From the NCBI GenBank assembly GCA_964516425.1, contig CAZFAM010000006.1, forward strand, positions 1-58,331: 58,331 nt of DNA. Direction: 5' to 3'. Made by a program: the position numbers and the translations under genes. The notes beneath the pieces are model-generated. The model searched no databases. It was given only the letters and a program-made list of their open reading frames with translations, and was not told the DNA's origin. Positions 10,075 to 20,820 of the stretch are shown piece by piece (the stretch's first letter is position 1; each line of letters starts with the position of its first letter). Source of the stretch: an uncultured Bacteroidales bacterium. GTDB lineage: Bacteria; Bacillota_I; Bacilli_A; ML615J-28; CAG-698.

Positions 10075-10403
10075 ATAAAGATAATCATAATCCGTTGGAT
10101 AACTTGGAGGGTTTGATTGTTCATAAGAATAGTCAGATCCTCTGTTTTTTGTAAAAGGAGAGTAAAAATATGACATTACCATTGGATAAAGAATTGGTTA
10201 AAATAACATTCCACTTATTGGTAAAATTAATATTGACATTTAACAAAGGTATCGGTAAATGTCCAAGACGCAATTCAAGATACTAATAAATACTACAAAA
10301 TTTATACAAGATGCTATTTTTTGTTGCTTGTTTTTACAAAGATATTATTATATAATAAAAATGTTAAATGTAATATTACACACAGAAAGTGAGGAGTGGT
10401 ACA

Positions 10404-10913
10404 ATGACACTTGGTGAAAGAATACAAGATTTACGAAAAAAGAAAGGATATTCACAAGAAAAACTTGCAAAATATTTAAACATGTCTCGTCAAGCTATTG
10501 CAAAATGGGAACAAAACATTTGCGAACCTAGTATTGATTGTCTGATTTTAATGGCACAATTCTTTGAAGTTAATTTAGACTATTTAATAACAGGTAAAGT
10601 AAATATCAACATAGAAAAGTCTGATGAAGTTATTCGAGAGAAAGAAGTGGTAGTTATAAAAGAATGCAATCATTTGTTAGATAAGATAGATATAGTTATG
10701 TTACTTATTTTAATCCTTTCAGTTGTTGTCTTTATTGGACTATTTATTTATGCTTTGTTAAATCCGTTATATTGGAATCAAAAATATTCTTTTATTTGGT
10801 GGTATGTCCGATTAAACGTATCAAGCGGAACGTGGTTTCGTATTTTAGTCTTAATTTCTAGTATTGGTATAATATCCTCATTTGTCATTTTTTTGAGAAA
10901 AAGAAAAAAATGA
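10404..10913 (+). CDS. XRE-family HTH regulator with transmembrane C-terminus
   Basis: LGERIQDLRKKKGYSQEKLA..SRQAIAKWE; SD GAGGAG before ATG 10404. Confidence 0.88.
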   Translation: MTLGERIQDLRKKKGYSQEKLAKYLNMSRQAIAKWEQNICEPSIDCLILMAQFFEVNLDYLITGKVNINIEKSDEVIREKEVVVIKECNHLLDKIDIVMLLILILSVVVFIGLFIYALLNPLYWNQKYSFIWWYVRLNVSSGTWFRILVLISSIGIISSFVIFLRKRKK

Positions 10914-10973
10914 TGTTAAAATTTTTATTAGTAATAAAAATGTAATGTAATAATTTAACTAAATATAATAAAT

Positions 10974-11123
10974 AGTAATTTAAAAAAGGATTTTGCCGAT
11001 TAGGTAAGATCCTTTTTTTGAAGTTCTAAAAATAATTAATATAATTATTTTTTCAGTGTATTATCAGCAATGAATGGTTGTATTAAAATTGCGATTAGAG
11101 TGTTTAAAAATTACCAAATTTGT
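10974..11123 (+). repeat. dispersed intergenic element, copy 2
   Basis: AAGGATTTTGCCGATTAGGTAAGATCCTTTTTTTG, similar AT tract, then TAGAGTGTTTAAAAATTACCAAATTTGT. Confidence 0.55.
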
Positions 11124-11656
11124 TGATTCAAACAACCTTTTTAATAATTGATAATTTCCTAGTATGGTTATTCGAGTTATTGTGGCATTTCTAAAAAAAC
11201 AAGAATATAATCAAAAGGCCACCTAGAAACAGGTGACTTGAATGCTTAAATTCATAAAAGTATACTTTTCTAAACTTAAAAGATTTGCTTTTTAGAAAAA
11301 ATTACGATATACTAAATATCGCTTGCATATCAATTTGATATATATGGTACATAAAAAATAAGTTTATATATAGTTACAATATTTATGGGTGAACATTGGA
11401 AAAGATTTTTTTACTTCTGTAATTAAAGGCTTTTATAAAAAAACAAGTTATAAGAATCTTAAGCTCAAAATGTAAGGTTATTAATATCTAAGAATAGTTA
11501 TGTTTTTAGTATTAAAATTTATTTTTGAAAAATAATAAGATATATATTCCAATATTTAAATTATTGGGAAAATAGGTTTAATTGCTTGCTTTTTAATTTA
11601 AGACAAACTGTAAATATATCAAATTTTAATACAGTACAAAAGAAAGGAGGCATCAA

Positions 11657-13174
11657 ATGAACAATCACATTTATATATGCATAGATTTAAAATCATTCTA
11701 TGCTTCTGTAGAATGTATTGATAGAGGATTAGATCCATTAACTACTAATCTTGTTGTTGCAGATAATACAAGAACGGAAAAAACAATTTGCTTAGCTGTT
11801 ACACCATCATTAAAATCATTTGGCGTTCCTAGTAGACCACGTTTATTTGAAGTAATTCAAATGGTCGATAAAATTAATAACAACCGTTTAAAAAAAATAA
11901 AAAAATATCAATTTAAAGGTGAATCAAATAATTTAAATGAGTTAAATAATAATCCACAATTTAAATTATCATTTATTATTGCTCCCCCACAAATGGCTCA
12001 TTATATAGAAGTAAGTACAAAAATATATAACATATATTTAAAATATATAAGTAAGGAAGATATACATGTTTATTCTATTGATGAGGTATTTATAGATATC
12101 ACTAAATATTTAAAAACATATAATACTAGTGCTCATCAATTAACACTTAAAATTATTCGTGATGTATTAAAACAAACAGGCATTACTGCAACAGCAGGTA
12201 TAGGAACAAATATGTTTTTGGCAAAAGTAGCAATGGATATTGTTGCTAAAAAGATGAAGCCAGATAAAGATGGAGTGCGAATTGCAGAACTTGATGAAAT
12301 GAAATATCGAAAAGAGCTATGGAACCATAAACCACTATCTGATTTTTGGAGAATCGGTTCAGGATATGTAAAGAAATTAGAAAAATTAGGATTATATACA
12401 ATGGGAGATATTGCTAAATGTTCTATTGGATCAAGTGATAATTATTATAATGAAGATTTATTATATAAAGAATTTGGTATTAATGCGGAACTATTAATTG
12501 ACCACGCATGGGGAATAGAACCAGTAACAATGGAAGAAGTTAAAAACTATGTTCCTAAATCTAAAAGTATATCAACTGGGCAAGTGTTATCATGTGGATA
12601 TGAATTTAAAAAAGCTAAATTAATTGTGAAAGAAATGGTTGAATTACTATCTTTAGATTTAGTTGAAAAAGGATTACTAACAAAACAATTAACATTATCA
12701 ATTGCTTACGATAATGAAGGATTAACAAAAGAAGAATTACTTCATAAATATGATGGACCATTAGATACAGATTTTTATGGTCGAGTAGGTCCGAAGGGAG
12801 TACATGGAAGTATCAATCTTGAATCTTTTACTTCATCCACAAAAGAATTGATGAAAGCAATTGTTATATTGTATGAACGCCTCGTTAATAAAACATTATT
12901 GGTAAGACGTGTCACAATATGTGCAAGTATTTTAATGTCTGTTAACCAATATCAAGAAGAATATAAACAAATATCTATATTTGATAATATTGAAGAACTA
13001 GAACAAAAAGAAAAAATAAAAAAAGAAATGAATCAAAAAGAAAGAAAATTACAAAAAACAATTATTGAATTAAAAGATAAATATGGTAAAAATGCAATTA
13101 TTAAAGGAATGAATCTAGAAGAAGGTGGAACAACAATCGAAAGAAATTCACAAATAGGAGGACATAAAGCATAA
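11657..13174 (+). CDS. Y-family DNA polymerase (UmuC/DinB-like)
   Basis: IDLKSFYASVEC, YSIDEVFID, TAGIGTN..LAKVA, FWRIG; C-terminal RNSQIGGHKA. Confidence 0.93.
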   Translation: MNNHIYICIDLKSFYASVECIDRGLDPLTTNLVVADNTRTEKTICLAVTPSLKSFGVPSRPRLFEVIQMVDKINNNRLKKIKKYQFKGESNNLNELNNNPQFKLSFIIAPPQMAHYIEVSTKIYNIYLKYISKEDIHVYSIDEVFIDITKYLKTYNTSAHQLTLKIIRDVLKQTGITATAGIGTNMFLAKVAMDIVAKKMKPDKDGVRIAELDEMKYRKELWNHKPLSDFWRIGSGYVKKLEKLGLYTMGDIAKCSIGSSDNYYNEDLLYKEFGINAELLIDHAWGIEPVTMEEVKNYVPKSKSISTGQVLSCGYEFKKAKLIVKEMVELLSLDLVEKGLLTKQLTLSIAYDNEGLTKEELLHKYDGPLDTDFYGRVGPKGVHGSINLESFTSSTKELMKAIVILYERLVNKTLLVRRVTICASILMSVNQYQEEYKQISIFDNIEELEQKEKIKKEMNQKERKLQKTIIELKDKYGKNAIIKGMNLEEGGTTIERNSQIGGHKA

Positions 13175-13596
13175 TGTTTAATGTTCATGATTATAGTGAT
13201 ATTATAAATATCAAAAAACCAAAGTCCAAACATATGCCAATGAGTAAAATGAAAAGAGCTGCACAATTTGCACCTTTTGCAGCTTTAAAAGGTTATGAAG
13301 AATCAATTGTTGATGCTGGAAGAATAGTAGATAAAAAAATTGAATTATCTGAAGAGCAAAAAAATATGTTATCTTTTAAACTAACCTTTTTACAAAATAA
13401 TTTATTAGAAAATAATGAAGTAGAAATAATTTATTTTGAAAAAGATAAAAAGAAAAATGGTGGAATATATAAAAGTAAAGTAGGAATATTAAGAAGAATT
13501 AATGATGTTGAAAATAAAATAGAATTTAAAGATCATTTTAAGATTAATATTAATGATATAGTAGAAATTAAAAGTGATTGCTTTAATAAATTTTAA
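13174..13596 (+). CDS. YolD-like protein
   Basis: RAAQFAPFAALKGY motif; coupled to the Y-family polymerase gene. Confidence 0.8.
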   Translation: MFNVHDYSDIINIKKPKSKHMPMSKMKRAAQFAPFAALKGYEESIVDAGRIVDKKIELSEEQKNMLSFKLTFLQNNLLENNEVEIIYFEKDKKKNGGIYKSKVGILRRINDVENKIEFKDHFKININDIVEIKSDCFNKF

Positions 13597-13675
13597 TTAG
13601 ATTAACTTGGGTTATATTCCAAGTTTTTTTGATATTTAATTCTTAAATGAATCTTAATGTATAAATATAATATAA

Positions 13676-13743
13676 TTGACGCATTAATTGTTTAGTGATA
13701 TAATTAAATTATTCTAATATTAGACTATCTAAAAATAGAATAA
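13676..13743 (+). promoter_or_regulatory. promoter and probable MarR operator
   Basis: TTGACG-17bp-TATAAT (13676-13704); palindrome TTATTCTA...TAGAATAA (13709-13743) just downstream. Confidence 0.6.
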
Positions 13744-13757
13744 GCGGAGGGAAAACA

Positions 13758-14195
13758 ATGGATAAACAAATTAAATTAACTGATATTTTTAATAATGCAA
13801 ATAAAATAATGGAAACATATTATGCAATGTTACAGCCATTATCTAAAGATACCGATTTACCTGTATTAGCATTAGATATATTATTGTTTATTGCTAATAA
13901 TCAGGAAGTTGGAACCGCAAAAGACATATGTCGTTATCGTGGACTAAAATCAGGTATTGTGTCTGTTCATATTGACCGTTTAGTAAGTGTAGAATTATTA
14001 GAACGTACAAATAATATTAATGATCGTAGGCAAACATTATTATCATATACTAATAAAGCTTGTCCAATAATTGATAAGGGAAGAGAAATTCAAAAAGAAT
14101 TAGTATCTAATTTATTTAAAGGCATTACAGATGAAGAAAGAATTTTATTATTTAATATCTTAAATAAATTAAACAAAAACATTACGGAGGAATAA
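13758..14195 (+). CDS. MarR-family transcriptional regulator
   Basis: wHTH with VSVHIDRLV..LLER...DRR. Confidence 0.85.
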   Translation: MDKQIKLTDIFNNANKIMETYYAMLQPLSKDTDLPVLALDILLFIANNQEVGTAKDICRYRGLKSGIVSVHIDRLVSVELLERTNNINDRRQTLLSYTNKACPIIDKGREIQKELVSNLFKGITDEERILLFNILNKLNKNITEE

Positions 14196-14197
14196 GA

Positions 14198-15952
14198 ATG
14201 GTAAAGTTATTAAAAAATTTACGTGCAAAAGAAATTGTTATGGCGATAATATGCTTGGTGCTTGTTGTTGGCCAAGTATATTTTGATTTGAGCTTACCCG
14301 ATTATATGACTGAATTAACAACTTTAATCAAACAATCTGGTACCACAGAAAGTATTATTAATGTTGGTTTAAAAATGTTAGGATGTACAGTTATTAGTGC
14401 TATACTAGCTATTATATGTGGCTTTTTAGCTTCTAAAACAGCTTCTGGGTTTAGTTTTACAGTTCGAGAAAAATTGTTTGATCATATAATAAATTGTGAT
14501 AAAGAACAAATGGATTCTTTTTCTGTTCCTAGTTTAATAACTAGAACCACAAATGATATTTCTCAAGTGCAAATGATTGTTTCAATGGGATTACAAATGT
14601 TAATTAAAGCACCTATAATGGCTGTTTGGGCGATTATTAAAATTCTAAATAAGAGTATAGAATTATCCATAGTAACCGCAATTTTTGTGGTTGTGATTTG
14701 TGTTGTTGTTTTTGTTGTTATGTCTATTTGTTTACCGAGATTTCGTTTAGTACAAAAAACTACTGATAAAATAAATCAAGTTGCTAGAGAAAATTTGACA
14801 GGCATTAATGTTGTTCATGCATTTAACGCTGAAGATTATCAAAATGAGAAATTTGATAAACCAAGTAAAAAAATGTTTAATTTACAAATAAAGAACCAAA
14901 GATTATTTGCTTTAATTACTCCCACAATGAATCTTGGAATGAATGGATTATCATTAGTTATATATTGGTTAGGAGCAGTGTTAATAAATAATATAAATCC
15001 AGTCTTAGAAATAGAAAGAATTGCAATGTTTAGTGAAATATTAGCATTTAGTACATATGCAATGTATATTGTAAGTTCATTTATGATGCTTGTTATGATT
15101 TTTATGATGTTCCCACAAGCTCAAGTTTCCGCAGAAAGAATTAATGAAGTTTTAAATACAAAAAATAATATTGAAGAAGGAACATTAAATGAAACAATAG
15201 CAAAAGGAACAATAGAATTTAAAAATGTTTCTTTTAGCTATCCATCATCTTCTGAAGAAGTATTATCCAATATTAATTTTAAAATAAATGAAAATGAAAC
15301 ACTAGCAATAATTGGAGCAACGGGAAGTGGTAAAACAACATTAATTAACTTAATTCCTCGTTTATACGATGCTACAAAAGGGGAAGTATTAATTGATGGA
15401 AAAAATGTAAAAAATTATACATTTGAATCACTATATAATAAAATCGGATTTGTCACACAAAAAGCGGTATTGTTTTCTGGCACAATTAAAGATAATATTC
15501 TATTAGGAGAAACAGAATGTGAGTTCACAAATGAAGATTTAAATAAAGCAATAGAGGTATCACAAGCACAAGAATTTGTGAATAAATTAGAAGATAAAGA
15601 AAACTATTATATTGCTCAATTAGGTAGAAATGTATCTGGTGGTCAAAAACAAAGATTAGCTATTGCTAGAGCATTAGCAAGAAACCCAGAAATTTTAATA
15701 TTTGATGATTCATTTTCCGCATTAGATTATCGTACGGATTCTATATTAAGAAGTGAATTAATAAACAAGTATCAAAACACTACAAAAATTATTGTTGCCC
15801 AAAGAATCGGAACAATAAGAAATGCGGATAAAATAATAGTTTTAGATCGTGGTGAAATTGTGGGTGTTGGTACACATAATGAATTAATAGAAAACTGCAA
15901 GATATATCAAGAAATTGCATTATCTCAATTAAGCAGTGAAGAAGTTAAATAG
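14198..15952 (+). CDS. heterodimeric ABC exporter subunit (degenerate site)
   Basis: TMD plus NBD; GATGSGKT, VSGGQKQR, FDDSFSALD and VAQR (non-canonical catalytic Asp and Gln). Confidence 0.93.
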   Translation: MVKLLKNLRAKEIVMAIICLVLVVGQVYFDLSLPDYMTELTTLIKQSGTTESIINVGLKMLGCTVISAILAIICGFLASKTASGFSFTVREKLFDHIINCDKEQMDSFSVPSLITRTTNDISQVQMIVSMGLQMLIKAPIMAVWAIIKILNKSIELSIVTAIFVVVICVVVFVVMSICLPRFRLVQKTTDKINQVARENLTGINVVHAFNAEDYQNEKFDKPSKKMFNLQIKNQRLFALITPTMNLGMNGLSLVIYWLGAVLINNINPVLEIERIAMFSEILAFSTYAMYIVSSFMMLVMIFMMFPQAQVSAERINEVLNTKNNIEEGTLNETIAKGTIEFKNVSFSYPSSSEEVLSNINFKINENETLAIIGATGSGKTTLINLIPRLYDATKGEVLIDGKNVKNYTFESLYNKIGFVTQKAVLFSGTIKDNILLGETECEFTNEDLNKAIEVSQAQEFVNKLEDKENYYIAQLGRNVSGGQKQRLAIARALARNPEILIFDDSFSALDYRTDSILRSELINKYQNTTKIIVAQRIGTIRNADKIIVLDRGEIVGVGTHNELIENCKIYQEIALSQLSSEEVK

Positions 15953-15962
15953 GAGGAACAAT

Positions 15963-17729
15963 ATGGAATTGAATACAAAAATAAAAAAAGAAAATTCTTT
16001 TAAAATGATTTTTTCATATTTGAAATCTCATATTTGGTTAATTGTTATAGCTTTACTCTTGGCTATCGCATGCTCTATTTTTACCATTATTGGTCCTAAT
16101 AAAATTGGTGATATAACAACATTAATATCTAATGGTTTAAAAGAAAATATTAATCTAGTAGAAATTGGTAAAATTGGATTATCTTTAGTAATTATATATT
16201 CATTAAGTGCTTTATTTGGTTTCTTTCAACAATATATTATGGCAACTGTGACATTGAAAATGTCATATAAAATGCGTAGAGAATTATCCGAAAAAATTAA
16301 TACGGTTCCCCAAAAATACTTTAATACTATAGCACAAGGTGACATATTAAGTATTATTACTAATGATGTATCAACACTTCAACAAGGTTTAACTAATAGT
16401 TTACCTACAATTATTAGTGCAACAACACAATTTGTGGGATGTATTATAATGATGCTTGTTACTGAGTGGCGTTTAGCATTAATCTCTATGGCTATTACAT
16501 TTATTGGTGTTATATTAACATTTGTTATAATGAAAAAATCACAAAAATATTTTGTGATGCGTCAACAAAGTATAGGAGCTATAAATGGTTTTATCGAAGA
16601 AACATATTCTGGTCATGATGTAATTCAGTTAAGTAGAGCAGAAGAAAAAACAAAAAAGACATTTGATAAATTAAATGAAAGAGTTTATACAGCTAACTGG
16701 AAATCACAATTCTTATCAGGAGTAATGCAACCATTAATGAATGTAATAGGAAATATATCTTATGTTGCTGTATGTGTATTTGGTTCTATTCTTGCTATAA
16801 AAGGTTCCATAGAGTTTGGTGTTATTGTAGCATTCATTTTATATGTTCGTTTATTTACATCTCCTCTTACACAAATTGCCCAAGCTTTAACAAATATGCA
16901 ATCTGTTTCTGCAGCCGCAAAAAGAATATTTAAATTTTTGCATTCTGAAGATTTAGAAAATGAAGATTATAAAACTAGATATATTGAGACTGCCAATGGA
17001 AGTGTATCTTTTGAACATGTTAAATTTAGTTATCCTGATCATCCAGAAAAAATCATTATTAAAGATTTTTCAGCAGAAGTATTACCAGGACAAAAAGTTG
17101 CAATTGTTGGTCCAACTGGAGCTGGTAAAACAACAATGGTAAATTTATTAATGCGTTTCTTTGAAATAAATAGTGGTGATATCAAAATTGATGGTACATC
17201 AATCCATGATTTAACAAGGGAAAATTTACATAATTTATTTGCAATGGTTCTTCAAGATACATGGTTATTTGAAGGGACAGTAAGAGAAAATTTAGTATAT
17301 AATATGGATCATATAACTGATGAACAATTAGAACAAGTATGTGTAGCTTGTGGATTAGATAAATTTATTCATTCGCTACCTAATAAATTTGATACAGTAT
17401 TATCAGAAAGTATTAATATTTCTTCAGGGCAAAAACAATTGTTAACAATAGCAAGAGCGATGTTACAAGATGCTCCAATGTTAATTCTTGATGAAGCTAC
17501 ATCATCTGTTGATACAAGAACAGAACTAATCATTCAAAAAGCTATGGATGATTTAACAAAAAATCGCACAAGTTTTGTTATTGCTCATCGTTTATCCACA
17601 ATTAAAAATGCGGATTTAATACTTGTTATGCGTGATGGTGATGTCATCGAAAAAGGAACACATGAAGAATTATTGAATAAACATGGTTTCTATTTTGAAT
17701 TATATAGCAGTCAATTTGATAATAATTAA
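15963..17729 (+). CDS. heterodimeric ABC exporter subunit (consensus site)
   Basis: GPTGAGKTT, ISSGQKQ, LDEATSSVD, IAHRLST; SD AGGAGG before ATG 15963. Confidence 0.93.
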   Translation: MELNTKIKKENSFKMIFSYLKSHIWLIVIALLLAIACSIFTIIGPNKIGDITTLISNGLKENINLVEIGKIGLSLVIIYSLSALFGFFQQYIMATVTLKMSYKMRRELSEKINTVPQKYFNTIAQGDILSIITNDVSTLQQGLTNSLPTIISATTQFVGCIIMMLVTEWRLALISMAITFIGVILTFVIMKKSQKYFVMRQQSIGAINGFIEETYSGHDVIQLSRAEEKTKKTFDKLNERVYTANWKSQFLSGVMQPLMNVIGNISYVAVCVFGSILAIKGSIEFGVIVAFILYVRLFTSPLTQIAQALTNMQSVSAAAKRIFKFLHSEDLENEDYKTRYIETANGSVSFEHVKFSYPDHPEKIIIKDFSAEVLPGQKVAIVGPTGAGKTTMVNLLMRFFEINSGDIKIDGTSIHDLTRENLHNLFAMVLQDTWLFEGTVRENLVYNMDHITDEQLEQVCVACGLDKFIHSLPNKFDTVLSESINISSGQKQLLTIARAMLQDAPMLILDEATSSVDTRTELIIQKAMDDLTKNRTSFVIAHRLSTIKNADLILVMRDGDVIEKGTHEELLNKHGFYFELYSSQFDNN

Positions 17730-17813
17730 TATATACAAAAGGGAATAATTAATAGTTATTCTCTTTTTAATTTTGGCAAAATATGATATAATGAATAAGT
17801 AAAAGGTGAGAAT

Positions 17814-18599
17814 ATGAATGTCTTAATAACAGGTGCAGCATCAGGTATCGGTAAAGCTTTAAAAGAAGAATATTTAAAAAATGGTTATACAGTTTATGCA
17901 ATTGATACAAAACAAATGAATAAAGAAGAAAATTTGTATTCTTATGTTGTTGATATTACTAATACTGACGCTTTAATGGAGATTAAAGAAGCACTAAATA
18001 ACATTAAATTTCATATAATAATTAATGTAGCGGGTATCCATATGATGGCTTCATTAATTGAAAATGATATCCAAAAAATGAAGAAACTTATTGATATTAA
18101 TTTATATGGAGCTATGAATATAAATAATATTTTTTATTCTTTATTAGAACAAAATGGAAAAATAATTATCATAACAAGTGAAGTAGCATATTTAGATCCA
18201 ATGCCATTTAATGGACTATATAGTATTTCTAAAACCGCATTAGATTGTTATGCTCAAGCATTAAGGCAAGAATTAAATTTATTAAATCAAAAAGTTATAA
18301 CAATAAGACCAGGAGCTATTGAAACACCATTATGCAATAATTCCATAACCGATACAAAAACCTTAGCTTCATCCACAAAATTGTTTAAAAAACAAGCAAA
18401 ACATTTTTCTGGATTAATGTTAAAGTTCATGGGAAAACCATTAAAACCAGAAAAGTTAGCAAGAAAAATATATAAAATATCACATAAAAAACATCCCAAA
18501 TACATTTACAAAATGCATCAAAATATGGGCTTGGTATTATTAAATATCTTACCTAAAAAAATGCAATGCTATATAATAAAGAGATTGTTAAATAAATAA
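17814..18599 (+). CDS. SDR-family oxidoreductase
   Basis: TGAASGIG, NVAG, YSISK, RPG. Confidence 0.92.
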   Translation: MNVLITGAASGIGKALKEEYLKNGYTVYAIDTKQMNKEENLYSYVVDITNTDALMEIKEALNNIKFHIIINVAGIHMMASLIENDIQKMKKLIDINLYGAMNINNIFYSLLEQNGKIIIITSEVAYLDPMPFNGLYSISKTALDCYAQALRQELNLLNQKVITIRPGAIETPLCNNSITDTKTLASSTKLFKKQAKHFSGLMLKFMGKPLKPEKLARKIYKISHKKHPKYIYKMHQNMGLVLLNILPKKMQCYIIKRLLNK

Positions 18600-18751
18600 T
18601 ATTAATTTTAAATAGGAAAAACTCATTTATTAAAAATTTATAAAATAAAATTTTTTAGTAACTATAAATATATAAAACTTGTTTGTTTTAGAAAAATTTT
18701 GTCTAAAAAAATTAATTATGGTATAATAGTATTAAGAAAGAGGGCAGTACT

Positions 18752-19168
18752 ATGGGGAAAGTATTAATAAAACAAAAGACCGGTGGAAATGAGTGGATTG
18801 CTTTATCAACAACTCTAATCTTTTTAGCAGGAACTATTTTAATGTTTATTTCCAAACTACAACATAAAAAATATGCTTTTACATGGATAATTATTATTTT
18901 TGTGATTATTACTTTATTAATTGCTTATACGACATTTGCCATCTTCAAATCAAAAAATGTTTTAACAGAAAAAGATGATAAATTATATTTACGGGGCATA
19001 TTTGGGAGTGTAAAATTAGAGAAAAATGATATTGTGCAAGTTACTAAGATTTCCGCAACTAATGAAATAAAGTTAAATATTCATCATGGTGATAGAAATG
19101 TGGAACAAACATATTTAATTGATTATTTATCAGAAGAATTTATTAATACTTATATGGTGAAAAAGTAG
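18752..19168 (+). CDS. hypothetical membrane protein
   Basis: Two N-terminal hydrophobic helices and a small soluble domain. Confidence 0.65.
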   Translation: MGKVLIKQKTGGNEWIALSTTLIFLAGTILMFISKLQHKKYAFTWIIIIFVIITLLIAYTTFAIFKSKNVLTEKDDKLYLRGIFGSVKLEKNDIVQVTKISATNEIKLNIHHGDRNVEQTYLIDYLSEEFINTYMVKK

Positions 19169-19230
19169 TGTAATAAACACTATGTATTTTATAAAAATGG
19201 TGGAAAAAAATGTAAACAAGTCGAATAAAG

Positions 19231-19259
19231 TTGACATTTGCATTAAAATGTTGTAAAAT
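19231..19259 (+). promoter_or_regulatory. promoter of the 9-gene SipW operon
   Basis: TTGACA-17bp-TAAAAT. Confidence 0.7.
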
Positions 19260-19342
19260 GATTTAAATACGATGTGTCGTATTTTATAAATATCTTAATA
19301 TATTTATATAAAGATGAAGAGAATTTAAAAGGAGAATATGAT

Positions 19343-20044
19343 ATGAAAAGAAAGACAATGACTATGATGTTATGTTTGTTATGTACATTAGCTTTAGTCA
19401 GTGTAGGTTTTGCTTCGTGGGTAATTTCTACAAGTACTACTGTACAACAAGAAGGAAATATTGTTGTTGAAACTGTTAGTGATAAAAGAGTAAATGTTAA
19501 AGTTGAATTTTTAAGTTCTTCAGCGAATAATCAAATTATTTTTGGTAGACCAAAAGATTATGTTGAAAAAACTAGTGATTGGTTAATAAATGATAAAAGC
19601 GGAAATGAAGAAAATTTCACATTAAAATTTAAAGTAACTATAACTGAAAAAACTTCAACTTCAACTTCAACGTCTGTTCAATTAAATCAAACTGATAAAT
19701 TTGAGATTACATTAGAGGCAGATACAAAATACACTCAATTAACTAATTATTCAAGTGGAAATTATTCAAATAAGAATTTAGTAAGCGAATTGGTTAATGG
19801 TGATTCTGGTAATGTAGAAGTTTCTAAAGCATATAAAGAAGACGGTTATTACGAAGTGGAAGTTACCATTAAAAATGCTTGGGGATCTTCATTTGGAAAT
19901 CAAAATCCATATAATTATTATAATGAAAAAACAAGTGTTGATGACTCAGTAATCATAGAAGCATATGATCTTTTAAAAGCGTTGGAGACTGGATTAAAAG
20001 ACGCAAAATATACTCTAAAAGTTGTTGTGAAAAGAAATTCCTAG
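19343..20044 (+). CDS. secreted protein with SipW-class-like signal peptide (candidate fibre subunit A)
   Basis: MKRK, hydrophobic stretch, SVGFASWV; WGSSFGNQNPYNYY motif shared with the next gene; SD AAGGAG favours ATG 19343 over 19274. Confidence 0.75.
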   Translation: MKRKTMTMMLCLLCTLALVSVGFASWVISTSTTVQQEGNIVVETVSDKRVNVKVEFLSSSANNQIIFGRPKDYVEKTSDWLINDKSGNEENFTLKFKVTITEKTSTSTSTSVQLNQTDKFEITLEADTKYTQLTNYSSGNYSNKNLVSELVNGDSGNVEVSKAYKEDGYYEVEVTIKNAWGSSFGNQNPYNYYNEKTSVDDSVIIEAYDLLKALETGLKDAKYTLKVVVKRNS

Positions 20045-20056
20045 GAACTGATAGCA

Positions 20057-20815
20057 ATGGCAAGATTAACAAGAAATTCTTATAAAAGAAAAATTATAAT
20101 GTTTGGCATATTTATTTTTGCCGCAATTGCCTTGATTTCAACAGGTTTTGCTGCATGGGTTATGTCCACAAATGCAAAAGACTCAACTGGAGGTAATGTA
20201 TCAGTAGGTGCAGTAGCAGATGCAAGTTTAAAAATACTAAACATAAATCTTGATGGTAAACAATTTGTTTTTGAACCAAGTGCAAATGATAATAGTGGAC
20301 GTGTAAGAGTTGATGAAACAGGAGCACATGAATCATTAACAGTTAAACTTACAGGAACAGTAGCTCCGAAAAAGTATTTAAAAACATTAATAATTAAGTT
20401 ATCTGTAGTTGAAACTGATACTAATAATGAAACAAAATTTACTGCTGGTATCAAAAAAGCTGCAGAATTAGGATATATTGATTTACCTAAAGAATATTTT
20501 TCTGAAACAGGAAAAGTAATTCAATTTACTGGAAATGATGATGGAGATAACTATAGCATTAATGAAACTATTTCTTTTGCATGGGGTAAATCATTTGAAG
20601 GAGTAAATCCTTCAATATACTATGATGAAAATGAAGAAGGTAAAAAAGTTTCTGATGATGAAGTCAAAAAAACATTAGAAGATTTAAGAGCTTGTATTTA
20701 CGGATATTATGATGAATTATATGCTCAAGATGCAGATAGAGAACAAGTTATTAAGAATCATGCAAATGATACTGCCCCTCAATTTATAATAACAATAGAG
20801 GCAAAGACTAACTAA
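20057..20815 (+). CDS. secreted protein with SipW-class-like signal peptide (candidate fibre subunit B)
   Basis: STGFAAWV; WGKSFEGVNPSIYY; paralog of the upstream gene. Confidence 0.75.
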   Translation: MARLTRNSYKRKIIMFGIFIFAAIALISTGFAAWVMSTNAKDSTGGNVSVGAVADASLKILNINLDGKQFVFEPSANDNSGRVRVDETGAHESLTVKLTGTVAPKKYLKTLIIKLSVVETDTNNETKFTAGIKKAAELGYIDLPKEYFSETGKVIQFTGNDDGDNYSINETISFAWGKSFEGVNPSIYYDENEEGKKVSDDEVKKTLEDLRACIYGYYDELYAQDADREQVIKNHANDTAPQFIITIEAKTN

Positions 20816-20820
20816 GAATT

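Noticed and set aside
11607-11635. ACTGTA...TACAGT upstream of the Y-family polymerase as an SOS box
   Set aside because: Spacing fits neither CTGT-N8-ACAG nor the Firmicute GAAC-N4-GTTC box
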